Shown: positions 26,862-35,939, counted from the first letter of the stretch. The stretch is 64,000 nucleotides of DNA from Lachnospiraceae bacterium (GCA_900759665.1 CAAEWE010000058.1:11100-75099); one strand, 5' to 3'. Notes: generated from the sequence alone by a model not told the origin. Translations and numbers: made by a program.

Positions 26862-28562
26862 TTAACCTCTCAATCCCTGTATATAATCATCTAATTCGCT
26901 TATTTTATTTACGCATGTTTCATACGTTTCTTTTTGTTTTTCCAAATCAGCAATAAAAGACTCAAGCACCTGTTTTCTTAGAGCAATACCATCATAATTT
27001 TTTTGCTCTTTTTGCAGCATTGGTTTTTTAATAAGTGTCTCAATACTCATAACGACAGCACGATAAATCCCCCATATAATAAGGATTGCTACGCTTGAAA
27101 ACACGCCATCCATTATGCTTTCTGTAACGCAGATATACAATGCCCAAACTATGCATACTATAATTGATAGTCTGAAATCATGAGGTTTCGATAATTTCTT
27201 TATTTTTGGTTTCAGCTCGTTCAGTTGCAACTGCAACATTCTAGTTTCTTCCCTTTTCTGACTTATCTCTGGCGATACATCCCTATATCCTGCATTTTGA
27301 TTTTGATAATAATTCCTCTCATCTTCCGCTTTTCTTATTGCCAGTCTCTTATCCTGCTCTTGTATTCTTCTTGTATATTCTCCCCACTCCTCCTGTATTG
27401 TTTTCGCCTTGTCTGGATTTGCAACCATGATTGCATGTTGTACCATATTTTCCATCTCAGAAGCCAATTTATTATCCAAATGAGTTAAACATTCACTTTG
27501 TACATAAGGTACCCCCCACCATCCACGATAATCTTCCGGATACCTATTTTGCATTTCAACATATAATTCATATGCTTTTTGAGTTTCATTCAGTCTCAAA
27601 AATGTTTCCGCATTGGCTGCTAAGCGGTTCACCTCAGATGTTTCTTCCTTTTGGAGATTCACAGTCTTTGTTTTGCTGTTCTGGATGACATTATTAACGC
27701 CCTCTACCAGATATTCCACATATCCTATTTTGTTCAAATCAAAAGATTGAAATGCAGAAAATTCCATTGGCATTTCATATGGAGATATATTTTTAAAGCA
27801 TGCAATCAGTGTTTTATCCTTATTTTCTTTCTTTAATTCCAAAAAACGAGACCATTCATTCTTCACCCAGGTAGAATTATAATATTCCGTTTTAGTTCCC
27901 AGAACAATCATTACCGTTGCACTCATCAATGCAGCATATATATACGGTTCATACTCTTGTCCAAGCTTACTCTCTAACGATTTTTTGGCAAAAAATGTGC
28001 GGTATCCTGCCTGCTCTAACGAGTTATAAATATTATATGCTATCATGCTGTCTTCCGTTGGCTCTCCATTTTCCATCTTATCTTTATAACAGATAAAGAC
28101 ATCATACGGCTTCTCTTCTTTTACAATTTTAATATATTTATTATAAATCTCGTCAATTTTGGTTGCTTCTTCTTGAAAAACATAAGATTCGTATATATCT
28201 GCATTTTGCAACGCTGCTTTATAATCCGGATCATCAAAAATAGAATGATCCTGTATTCTATGACATGTTGGTTTCCTTTCTCCGCTAATATCATTTACAT
28301 ACTCAATACCATATCGGCTTAAAACCATTCCCCAATGAGCCGCTGAATCTTTATGATCTTCTCGAAGCAAATCATCAAAAACAGATATTGCACCATCAAA
28401 ATCCAGATTTTGTCTTAAAAACGTAGCACGATTAAATAAATTTTCTATTTTGTCCTTATTTTTGGATACAATCATTTTCGAATCACAATACTTGCATGTT
28501 GCTATTGAAGTACTTTCATCAAAATCGATATTCGCTCCACACACCTCACACTTTAATATCAT
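26862..28562 (-). CDS. zinc-ribbon / TIR-domain protein with a C-terminal coiled coil and two TM helices
   Basis: N-terminal CEVCG...CKYCDS. TIR signature YDVFICYKD...EDSMIAYNIYNSLEQAGYRTFF...IYAALMSATVMIVLGTKTEYYNSTWVKNEW. Hydrophobic helices IIVCIVWALYICV and VAILIIWGIYRAVVM. Confidence 0.75.
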   Translation of the reverse strand: MILKCEVCGANIDFDESTSIATCKYCDSKMIVSKNKDKIENLFNRATFLRQNLDFDGAISVFDDLLREDHKDSAAHWGMVLSRYGIEYVNDISGERKPTCHRIQDHSIFDDPDYKAALQNADIYESYVFQEEATKIDEIYNKYIKIVKEEKPYDVFICYKDKMENGEPTEDSMIAYNIYNSLEQAGYRTFFAKKSLESKLGQEYEPYIYAALMSATVMIVLGTKTEYYNSTWVKNEWSRFLELKKENKDKTLIACFKNISPYEMPMEFSAFQSFDLNKIGYVEYLVEGVNNVIQNSKTKTVNLQKEETSEVNRLAANAETFLRLNETQKAYELYVEMQNRYPEDYRGWWGVPYVQSECLTHLDNKLASEMENMVQHAIMVANPDKAKTIQEEWGEYTRRIQEQDKRLAIRKAEDERNYYQNQNAGYRDVSPEISQKREETRMLQLQLNELKPKIKKLSKPHDFRLSIIVCIVWALYICVTESIMDGVFSSVAILIIWGIYRAVVMSIETLIKKPMLQKEQKNYDGIALRKQVLESFIADLEKQKETYETCVNKISELDDYIQGLRG

Positions 28563-28577
28563 CAGTACCTCCCATTA

Positions 28578-29831
28578 TTATAAATCCTTTAATTTTTCTC
28601 GTTCGATTTTGAACTCCTCATCAGTGTATAACCCTTCCTGCCAAGCCATTTTCAAACGTTTTAACCGTTTCATATACTCTTCATCATCAATATGATGCTT
28701 TTCATTGCATGAATTTTCTACTGATGTTTTCAAATGAACCATTCCCGGTATATCATCACCATCCTCGTTGCCGTTGCTAGGGGTTACATTTATATTTGCA
28801 CTATCATTGTCTGTAATCGGTGTCATTAGACTACTTCCTTGAATTTCATTTCCAAAACTACTCATTGTCTGACTAATAAACGGTGCCATCCCCATTCCCA
28901 TTCCAACTCCCATCATGGGTGCACTACTTCTTCCAATGCCTTCATTAGCTGCCGCAATATCCATCACCCCAAATCCTCTTCGCTGATGTTCCGTCATATT
29001 AAGAGTTTTATTAGCAATACTTTGAGCGATTGCATCGCGTTTTTTTATTTCCTCATCTGCTATATGCTCCGTAATTCTGACATTTGCATTGATTGCAGCT
29101 TCTTTTATCCGATTTTTTTCTTCCATATCCAAGAAAGTATTTTGGGACCATAAATGTTTATACATTTGATAATTAGGATCATCATCAGATGCATTGATAT
29201 TATTCACGTATAGATCCACCAATGCTATTCCGTATTCAAACATATAACTGGAAATTGCCTTTTTAAGCTGTTCTGCAATTCCCATTGGATTACTCTCAAG
29301 ATTAAAAATCGAAGTATTTTCTTCTCTTAAAATTGCCGGAAGCCATTGTTTGATGCATGAAATGATGATTCCTTTAAAATATCTCATCATATGTTCCTGA
29401 TCGAATTGCGTCTCCGTTCCAACCAACTTCAATAATATTTTTTTGGAATCCACCACTTTAATACTCATTTCACCGGACGTGCTAATAGCAAATGGCGGCA
29501 AGTTCAGACTTGGATCACTGTATTTTACACCTCCAACTCCCCAATTAATTGCCATTTGTTCCGTCTTATTTACAAAATAAACTTGACAGTGAAATGGCGA
29601 GACCCCATCACTTGGCAAATTGATAAGTTTGTTCAAAATAGGTATATTTTTAGTCTGTAATTTATATGATCCTGGTTGAAATATATCCGTCAACTGACCA
29701 TCTTTAAAAAAAGCTGCTTCTTGTGTTTCATGCACAATTAAGGTCGAATGAGTATTAAAATCTTCTCCCGGAAACTTCCATACGAATGTTCTATTATTTA
29801 TTTCACCTTTTATTACGTCAAATATTAGCAT
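28578..29831 (-). CDS. SPFH/Band-7-like protein of the YdjI (COG4260, 'virion core protein-like') family with a C-terminal SHOCT domain
   Basis: FDVIKGE...FVWKFPGEDF...LIVHETQEAAFFKDGQ...CQVYFVNKTEQMAINWGV follows the YdjI pattern. C-terminal EEYMKRLKRLKMAWQEGLYTDEEFKIEREKL is SHOCT-like. Confidence 0.6.
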   Translation of the reverse strand: MLIFDVIKGEINNRTFVWKFPGEDFNTHSTLIVHETQEAAFFKDGQLTDIFQPGSYKLQTKNIPILNKLINLPSDGVSPFHCQVYFVNKTEQMAINWGVGGVKYSDPSLNLPPFAISTSGEMSIKVVDSKKILLKLVGTETQFDQEHMMRYFKGIIISCIKQWLPAILREENTSIFNLESNPMGIAEQLKKAISSYMFEYGIALVDLYVNNINASDDDPNYQMYKHLWSQNTFLDMEEKNRIKEAAINANVRITEHIADEEIKKRDAIAQSIANKTLNMTEHQRRGFGVMDIAAANEGIGRSSAPMMGVGMGMGMAPFISQTMSSFGNEIQGSSLMTPITDNDSANINVTPSNGNEDGDDIPGMVHLKTSVENSCNEKHHIDDEEYMKRLKRLKMAWQEGLYTDEEFKIEREKLKDL

Positions 29832-29850
29832 ATGTTCATCCTCTTAGATA

Positions 29851-30432
29851 TTATTCAGCCTCAACAGTTAATCCCTCAATTCTTGTTCCATTCATATCAT
29901 GATTCTCCGTCATAAATGTTGTAATTCTCCCCGAATCTGCTGTCGACTCAATAAACACTTTTCCTGCTGCTCCATTAAAATCATTAGCAGTCTCCGATTT
30001 AAAACTTAACGATGCAATGAAATCATCCATTGATGTATATCCTGTAAGTTGCAAAAATGTTTCAACGACCTCTCTTGAATAATAAGAATCTACAATATCA
30101 CCTAAATCGGATAACTCCACAGTTGTGCTCTTAGTTATTGCGCCACTCTGAGCCAGAGAAGAAACAATATCTGTTGTTATGCTGCTTAATATCTGTTGAT
30201 CTTTACTCATACTACTTAATTCATCATACTCTTCATTGTCTCCATAAAGGTCATTATCAATATCACTGATTATTTGTTGATTTGCGGCGTTTTGTTCTGA
30301 TCCACCAGTTTGATTCGATCTACGAGATGTAATGATTCCTGTCGTTACAATTGCAATGCACACTAAAACTGCTGCTCCTAAAATAGCAAGTACAATAATT
30401 TTGGTATTATTTTTCTCTTTCATGTTTTCCAT
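29851..30432 (-). CDS. N-terminally membrane-anchored hypothetical protein (193 aa), first gene of the operon
   Basis: A single TM helix (IIVLAILGAAVLVCIAIVTTGII) followed by a Ser/Thr/Asp-rich domain. 19-nt gap to the next gene. Confidence 0.5.
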   Translation of the reverse strand: MENMKEKNNTKIIVLAILGAAVLVCIAIVTTGIITSRRSNQTGGSEQNAANQQIISDIDNDLYGDNEEYDELSSMSKDQQILSSITTDIVSSLAQSGAITKSTTVELSDLGDIVDSYYSREVVETFLQLTGYTSMDDFIASLSFKSETANDFNGAAGKVFIESTADSGRITTFMTENHDMNGTRIEGLTVEAE

Positions 30433-30925
30433 TTCCTTTCTATCTATTCTTTGTACATTTATACCTCAACTCTTATTCTATCATCCTGCTGTCTTTATTT
30501 TCTTTCCGTTTTTTTCATTATTTAACTATTTTTCTTCTTTTTATATTTCTTATTCTTGTAGAATATAATTTAACAAAACACGTTTAAACCCTGTATTTTT
30601 CAGCATTTAGCAGTGATTTATAATTTTTTTCGTCGCATTATTATACAATTTTTTTAAATTTCAAAAAAAATTGCACAAATTTTCTTATCATATTTTGTCA
30701 ATACTGCCTATTGGATGTTTCCTCACTACTCCCTTACTTCGTCTTTCTTTGTTTATCACGTTAAACCACTTCATTTTATAAACCATTCCTACTAACTGCC
30801 AAACTTCACATATCTTATTGAGTATTTTCCCCATCTCTATAACACAGAATATATCAGTCGTTTGATATATTTATTCTTCTTTCCTATCGTTCTCCCATTT
30901 CTTTCCTTTTTCATTCACGCAAACA

Positions 30926-30970
30926 AAAACTGCCACATATCAACTTCACTCGCTGATATGTGACAGTTTT
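30926..30970. terminator. rho-independent terminator at the GC-normal / AT-rich boundary
   Basis: AAAAACTGCCACATATCA-acttcactcgc-TGATATGTGACAGTTTTT. Terminates the minus-strand gltS / small-gene transcript. Confidence 0.55.
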
Positions 30971-30978
30971 TCACAACA

Positions 30979-31176
30979 TCACTTCTTCCGTATATGCACC
31001 TCCGGAATCGCCACGCTGTCATAGACCACTCCGGGTTTGTGATCTGCTTCCTTCTCCTGCTTCCCCTCTTTGTCCGCCTCCCCTGTCTCATGGGTATGGA
31101 TCTCCGGAATCGCCAGATTTTCATAAGTCAGATCATAATTTTTCTTCCCATCGGTATTTTTCTTTTTTCCAAACAT
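30979..31176 (-). CDS. small 65-aa charged protein with an internally duplicated AIPE(I/V)H motif
   Basis: GGAGGAATGAGAAA-ATG RBS. LAIPEIHTHETGEADKEGKQEKEADHKPGVVYDSVAIPEVHIRKK. DNA repeat CTCCGGAATCGCCA at 31001 and 31103. Confidence 0.5.
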   Translation of the reverse strand: MFGKKKNTDGKKNYDLTYENLAIPEIHTHETGEADKEGKQEKEADHKPGVVYDSVAIPEVHIRKK

Positions 31177-31210
31177 TTTCTCATTCCTCCATTAAATGAC
31201 CCTTGCATCA

Positions 31211-32398
31211 TCAGATAAAATTAATAAAAAATGTAATTACCAGACTGTTTATGAAATCCGCAAACAAGCTTCCCACCAGCGGGATCAGCAGATACGCTTT
31301 GACGGATGTGGTGTACTTTTCGCAGATTGCCTGCATGTTTGCCATGGCATTTGGGGTTGCTCCCATACCAAAGCCGCAGGTTCCTGCCACCAGCACGGCG
31401 GCATCATAATCCCGTCCCATAATGTTAAATTCGATGAAATACGTAAATACGACGATCAAAAAAACCTGAGCCGCAAGCAGAATAAACAGCGGCAGAGCCA
31501 GATCTGCCAGCTGCCACAGCTTCAGAGTGATCATGGCGATTCCAAGGAACAGGGAAAGGGAAATACCACCAAGGTCATTGATCTCACCCATATGGATCGT
31601 AAATTTGCCGGTATACTCTCCAATATTACGAAAAAGTGCCGCAGCAATCATGGCTCCAATATAGATTGGGAAGGTCATTCCTGTCCTGGTCAGGAAATAG
31701 GAAAAGATCGTCCCTAGACCAATCGCAAGGATCAGCTGGAATACTGCCGCCGCGTACATATTGGTATGGCGCTCATGCTTTTCCTCCTCCTCAACCAGAA
31801 GGCTGTCGTCCTCCGGAATAGCTGTTTCCAGAAGATTTCTCTTTTCGATGAGACGTTTTCCCAGCGGTCCGCCGATCAGACTTCCACAGATCAGACCGAA
31901 TGTTGCGGCCGCTGTACAGATCGTCGTTGCCCCTTCAATATTAAAATCCTCGAGAACCGGTCCAAAAGCCCCTGCCGTACCATGACCTCCCACCATCGGG
32001 ATCGAACCGGTACACATACCGATCAGAGGACTAAGTCCCAGTACCTTTGACATTCCTACGGCTACCAGATTCTGCGATATGATCAGCAGGATCACAAGCC
32101 CCAGAAATATCACCAGGGATTTTCCACCGCTTTTTAGCACCTTAAGATTCGCCTGAAATCCCACCGAGGTAAAAAAGAATACCATACAGACCTCTCTGAG
32201 AATATCATCAAAGGAAAACTCCGCAATCCCTGTCACATAACAGATGCATGTAAAAATCGCAAATAAGAGACCTCCTACCACAGGAGCCGGAATACAAAAC
32301 TGCTCCAGAAAATGAATCTTACTTTTTAAATATGCTCCCAGCATCAGAACAAGTACGGCTGCTGCCAGCGTCTGATACATGTCTAACTGAATCTTCAT
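31211..32398 (-). CDS. gltS: sodium/glutamate symporter
   Basis: GltS-like N-terminus MKIQLDMYQTLAAAVLVLMLG and about 10 TM helices. Start taken at M32; the longer track ORF starts at 32491. Confidence 0.75.
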   Translation of the reverse strand: MKIQLDMYQTLAAAVLVLMLGAYLKSKIHFLEQFCIPAPVVGGLLFAIFTCICYVTGIAEFSFDDILREVCMVFFFTSVGFQANLKVLKSGGKSLVIFLGLVILLIISQNLVAVGMSKVLGLSPLIGMCTGSIPMVGGHGTAGAFGPVLEDFNIEGATTICTAAATFGLICGSLIGGPLGKRLIEKRNLLETAIPEDDSLLVEEEEKHERHTNMYAAAVFQLILAIGLGTIFSYFLTRTGMTFPIYIGAMIAAALFRNIGEYTGKFTIHMGEINDLGGISLSLFLGIAMITLKLWQLADLALPLFILLAAQVFLIVVFTYFIEFNIMGRDYDAAVLVAGTCGFGMGATPNAMANMQAICEKYTTSVKAYLLIPLVGSLFADFINSLVITFFINFI

Positions 32399-32517
32399 AT
32401 ACATAACCAAACCTTTCCAAACGTCTGCGCAGTCCGGGCCTTGTGCCAAAACTGCAAAGCGGTCTTTCTCCGCCTTTTTATTTTCAGCCATCCTGCTTTT
32501 GGTGCAGGTGTACGGCT

Positions 32518-33477
32518 TTATGATTCCACCTCCGGCAGATCCACGCCTTCCAGCTTATAATATGCCTCCGCTCCCGGATGAAACGGAATCGTGATTCCTT
32601 TCACTGCATCCTGTGGAGTCAGCTGCAGATTGATGGATGTGGAATACTGAATATCCTTAATATGCTTAAACAGAGAAACCGTCAGCTTCTGTACTGTTTT
32701 TTTCGATAATGTATCGCTTGCCAGCAGCACTGACTGGACACTCAGCGTCTGAATATCCTCGGTCTGTCCGGAATAAGTCCCTGCCGGGATCACATAGTCA
32801 TTGTAAAAGGAATATGCTTTTTTTAACTTCTGACGGCAGTTTTGCGGAATCTCCAAAAGCCGGATATCACATTCCTTTGTCAATTCTTCTATCACTGTAG
32901 TACAAATACCGGCGGTACAAAAAAAGGCATCAATCTTCTTTTCCGCTAACTGATCTGCTGCATCTGTATAATCAAGATTTTTCGTATTTACCAGATTGTC
33001 CGGTAAACCGCACATTTTCAGAATCTGTGTGGCATTCCGCTCTGTGCCGGATTCCTCCTCACCGACACTGATCGTCCTTCCCTCCAGATCATCTAACGAG
33101 GTAATGTCGGAATCTTTCCTTACCACGATCTGACATGCTTCCGGATAAAGACTTGCCACTGCTTTATAACCACGGTATTTTCCGGAATGAAAGCTCCCCT
33201 TTCCGTAATAGGCATCCTCGATCAGATCTGCCTGTGCAATACCAAGCTCAATGTAATTGTCCGAAAGCAGACGTAAGTTTGCGGCAGATCCTGCGGTACT
33301 TTTGACTTTCCAGTGAATCTCCGGTTCATCCTTGGACGCCAGCTCGGTAAATGCATTGGCAAAGGGATAATACATTCCTCCTATGCCCGCCGCACCAAAC
33401 CGGATCTTTTCCTGTCGGCTGCAGCCTGTTGTCATAAAAAGGCACAGACACATCAGAATGGATATTACTCTTTTCAT
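32518..33477 (-). CDS. TAXI-family TRAP-type solute-binding lipoprotein (orphan)
   Basis: Lipoprotein signal ending MTTGCS. TAXI (NMT1_3) pattern RFGAAGIGGMYYPFANAF...LRLL...ELGIAQADL. No DctQ/M-type permease gene is nearby. Confidence 0.7.
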   Translation of the reverse strand: MKRVISILMCLCLFMTTGCSRQEKIRFGAAGIGGMYYPFANAFTELASKDEPEIHWKVKSTAGSAANLRLLSDNYIELGIAQADLIEDAYYGKGSFHSGKYRGYKAVASLYPEACQIVVRKDSDITSLDDLEGRTISVGEEESGTERNATQILKMCGLPDNLVNTKNLDYTDAADQLAEKKIDAFFCTAGICTTVIEELTKECDIRLLEIPQNCRQKLKKAYSFYNDYVIPAGTYSGQTEDIQTLSVQSVLLASDTLSKKTVQKLTVSLFKHIKDIQYSTSINLQLTPQDAVKGITIPFHPGAEAYYKLEGVDLPEVES

Positions 33478-33502
33478 ATATGTGATAACTCCTCTCTTTG
33501 AT

Positions 33503-34831
33503 TTACTTTGGTTCTACTGCATTAGGATAGATCTTCATCAGCTTTGCATCATCATAATAGGTATCGCACCATTGCTGCCATGATGCATTTGCCGTGATCC
33601 CCCTGCTTCTTTCATCATAACGGATCAGTGCCATGCAGGACACGACGATATTACAGCTCATAAACACCACCATTCCCCACACCAGACATTTGCCTGCCAT
33701 GACCGGGATCATCCCGATTCCCTTTTCCACCTTGGGCAGAATAGCTTTAAACCATACAACCGCCGCAATCCCCCAGAAAAAGCAGTACAACAGATTGATC
33801 CTGCCTCCCAGATTAAACGGGATCTTGCTGTAATCCCAGAACACCTTGCCAAAGACCAGCTCGGTAAACACGCTGCAAAGGTATTCATAGGCACCTCCCA
33901 GAAAGGTTCCCACCAGAAACAGAAAACGGTCACTGCGGTTCCGGTACTGATAAAGCATCCACGATACCAGAGCGATCGCCAGTCCCCAGACAATGCTGAA
34001 TGGTCCCCAGACCACACTGCTGCGGCTCATCCAGACTCCGGCGCGCACACGGCAAAAGATCGTCTCTGTGATATCTCCCAGAAACGCTCCGATCAGAAAC
34101 AGACTGACCACTTTATAAAAGCCACATCCCACTGCAAAACGTGGGGGCGAAGTCTGTCCTGATACATTTTCCGGAGTTTTGGCCGCTTTTTTCGCTTTCG
34201 GATATGCCTTATGAATACGCCGGTCCACAAAACCGGCTATGGCGGCACCTAATCTGTCACCTACCTTATCAAGGCCATGTTCTGCCGCCTCCCAACGCTC
34301 CGGATGGCGGCTTTTGCCGGTGAGCAGAAGAAAGGATCCAAGCACGTCCACAAACAGAACTCCCGCCAGAACTAACAGCACGATCCTCATCAGCATACCC
34401 GGAAGCAGAGAGATCAAAGTCAGAAGCAGATAATTGCCCCAATGGACTGCCACATATCCCATGGCACCCCAGATCAGGGAAGCCGTCAGACAGATGTAAC
34501 CGTCCAGATTCCATCTCCTGCCTGAGTAATCCCACCAGCGTACCCCAAACGCCTTCTCGATCAAATGACCGCTGATCCACTCTGCGATCGTGGCGTAGAC
34601 CACCGCAAAAGCAAACAGCCAGAATCCGGTCAGTTCCTGAAGTCCGATGGACATACACACCACCGTAAATCCATAGATCACACAAAAGGGACCGTTTACA
34701 AGACCACGGTTGGCAAACTTCCGCTGTTTTAATGTCGCAAGCACGGTCTCCAGTACCCATCCCCCAAAAGAATAGATAAAAAACAGCCACAATAATTCAT
34801 ATCCGGTAAAATGATGCATAAGCTTCTCCAT
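33503..34831 (-). CDS. tandemly duplicated 'putative ABC-transporter type IV' (CmpB-like / PF06541-like) membrane protein
   Basis: Two homologous halves, each beginning with (F/L)IYSFGGWVLETV / LIGAFLGDITETIF motifs and a multi-TM region. Confidence 0.5.
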   Translation of the reverse strand: MEKLMHHFTGYELLWLFFIYSFGGWVLETVLATLKQRKFANRGLVNGPFCVIYGFTVVCMSIGLQELTGFWLFAFAVVYATIAEWISGHLIEKAFGVRWWDYSGRRWNLDGYICLTASLIWGAMGYVAVHWGNYLLLTLISLLPGMLMRIVLLVLAGVLFVDVLGSFLLLTGKSRHPERWEAAEHGLDKVGDRLGAAIAGFVDRRIHKAYPKAKKAAKTPENVSGQTSPPRFAVGCGFYKVVSLFLIGAFLGDITETIFCRVRAGVWMSRSSVVWGPFSIVWGLAIALVSWMLYQYRNRSDRFLFLVGTFLGGAYEYLCSVFTELVFGKVFWDYSKIPFNLGGRINLLYCFFWGIAAVVWFKAILPKVEKGIGMIPVMAGKCLVWGMVVFMSCNIVVSCMALIRYDERSRGITANASWQQWCDTYYDDAKLMKIYPNAVEPK

Positions 34832-34943
34832 TTCGTTTTTTCGTTTCCTTTGATATTACAAAAAATCAGGCAACATTAACTGTTATTGTATCATTTTTTG
34901 AAAGATAACGCAAAAAAGAGCATTTCCAGATCATGATAACCAA

Positions 34944-34992
34944 CCAAAAAAGATATGCGGGACAACCGGTAACTGTCCCGCATATCTTCGTT
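34944..34992. terminator. rho-independent terminator immediately 3' of pstC
   Basis: On the minus strand: GATATGCGGGAC-agttaccggtt-GTCCCGCATATC followed by TTTTTTGG. Confidence 0.55.
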
Positions 34993-35042
34993 ATGAAAGT
35001 TTCAAGATTATTATGCTGCTGGGTGTTTCTATAAAGCAAACT

Positions 35043-35939
35043 TTATGCATGGGCTTCTCTTTTCTTGAGAAGGGAAAATAAAAGGTTGATGATCAGGATA
35101 AAGACAAAGAGTACCACACCGGTTGCGATCAGTGCTTCTCTGTGAAGATCCGTGGCATACCCCATATCAATGACGATGTTGGCTGTCATCGTCCGGACTC
35201 CGTCGAAGATGGATCCCGGTATTCTCGGCTGATTTCCTGCCACCATGATGACTGCCATGGTCTCGCCAATGGCACGACCAACCCCGAGGATCACTGCCGC
35301 CATGATACCGGATTTTGCCGCCGGCACCACTGTCATAAATACGCTTCGCTCGTGGGTTGCTCCCAGTGCCAGTGCTCCCTGATAATAGGAATCCGGCACC
35401 GCGCGGATCGCGGACTCTGACACATTGATAATGGTTGGCAGTATCATCATACCAAGGAGTACGGATGCTGCCAGAATACTCTGTCCTGTTGTTGTCATAC
35501 CATACTGCATCAGGATCGGCCGGAAGGTGTTACGTACAAACGGTACCAGCACCATCAGCCCAAAGAATCCATATACTACCGATGGAATTCCCGCCAGAAG
35601 TTCTACTCCCGGTTTCAGGATCCTGTACAGCTTTTTCGGACAAAATCTTGCCATAAACACTGCCATCAACAGTCCGATCGGCACTCCCACAATAATTGCT
35701 CCCACCGTAACATAGATACTGCCTATGATCGTTGACAGAATGCCATACAACTGACTCCCCGGCTTCCATTCCGTTCCCAGAAGGAACTCCTTTGCACCGA
35801 TCTTTGCAATTCCCGGCACACCATTGGTAAACAAAAATATACAGATCAGGGCAACCGACAGAATAGAAATACACGCACTGATCAGAAAAACGATCTCCAT
35901 CGCTTTTTCTTTGATATTACTTACCTTTACTCTTTTCAT
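35043..35939 (-). CDS. pstC: phosphate ABC transporter permease PstC
   Basis: EFLLGTEWKP and EAA-loop region ...NVSESAIRAVP...GATHERSVF. Start at M34 (MKRVKV) with AAAGGA upstream. Confidence 0.85.
   Translation of the reverse strand: MKRVKVSNIKEKAMEIVFLISACISILSVALICIFLFTNGVPGIAKIGAKEFLLGTEWKPGSQLYGILSTIIGSIYVTVGAIIVGVPIGLLMAVFMARFCPKKLYRILKPGVELLAGIPSVVYGFFGLMVLVPFVRNTFRPILMQYGMTTTGQSILAASVLLGMMILPTIINVSESAIRAVPDSYYQGALALGATHERSVFMTVVPAAKSGIMAAVILGVGRAIGETMAVIMVAGNQPRIPGSIFDGVRTMTANIVIDMGYATDLHREALIATGVVLFVFILIINLLFSLLKKREAHA

Noticed and set aside
33709-34790. ORFs of 102 and 173 aa on the minus strand in alternative frames
   Set aside because: Nested inside the CmpB-like membrane protein gene in other frames; Gly/Arg-rich shadow ORFs.
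14700-35042. Search for an integrase, recombinase, transposase or tRNA at the borders of the accessory region
   Set aside because: None found in any frame. Mobility therefore cannot be asserted. Only compositional and synteny evidence supports horizontal origin.
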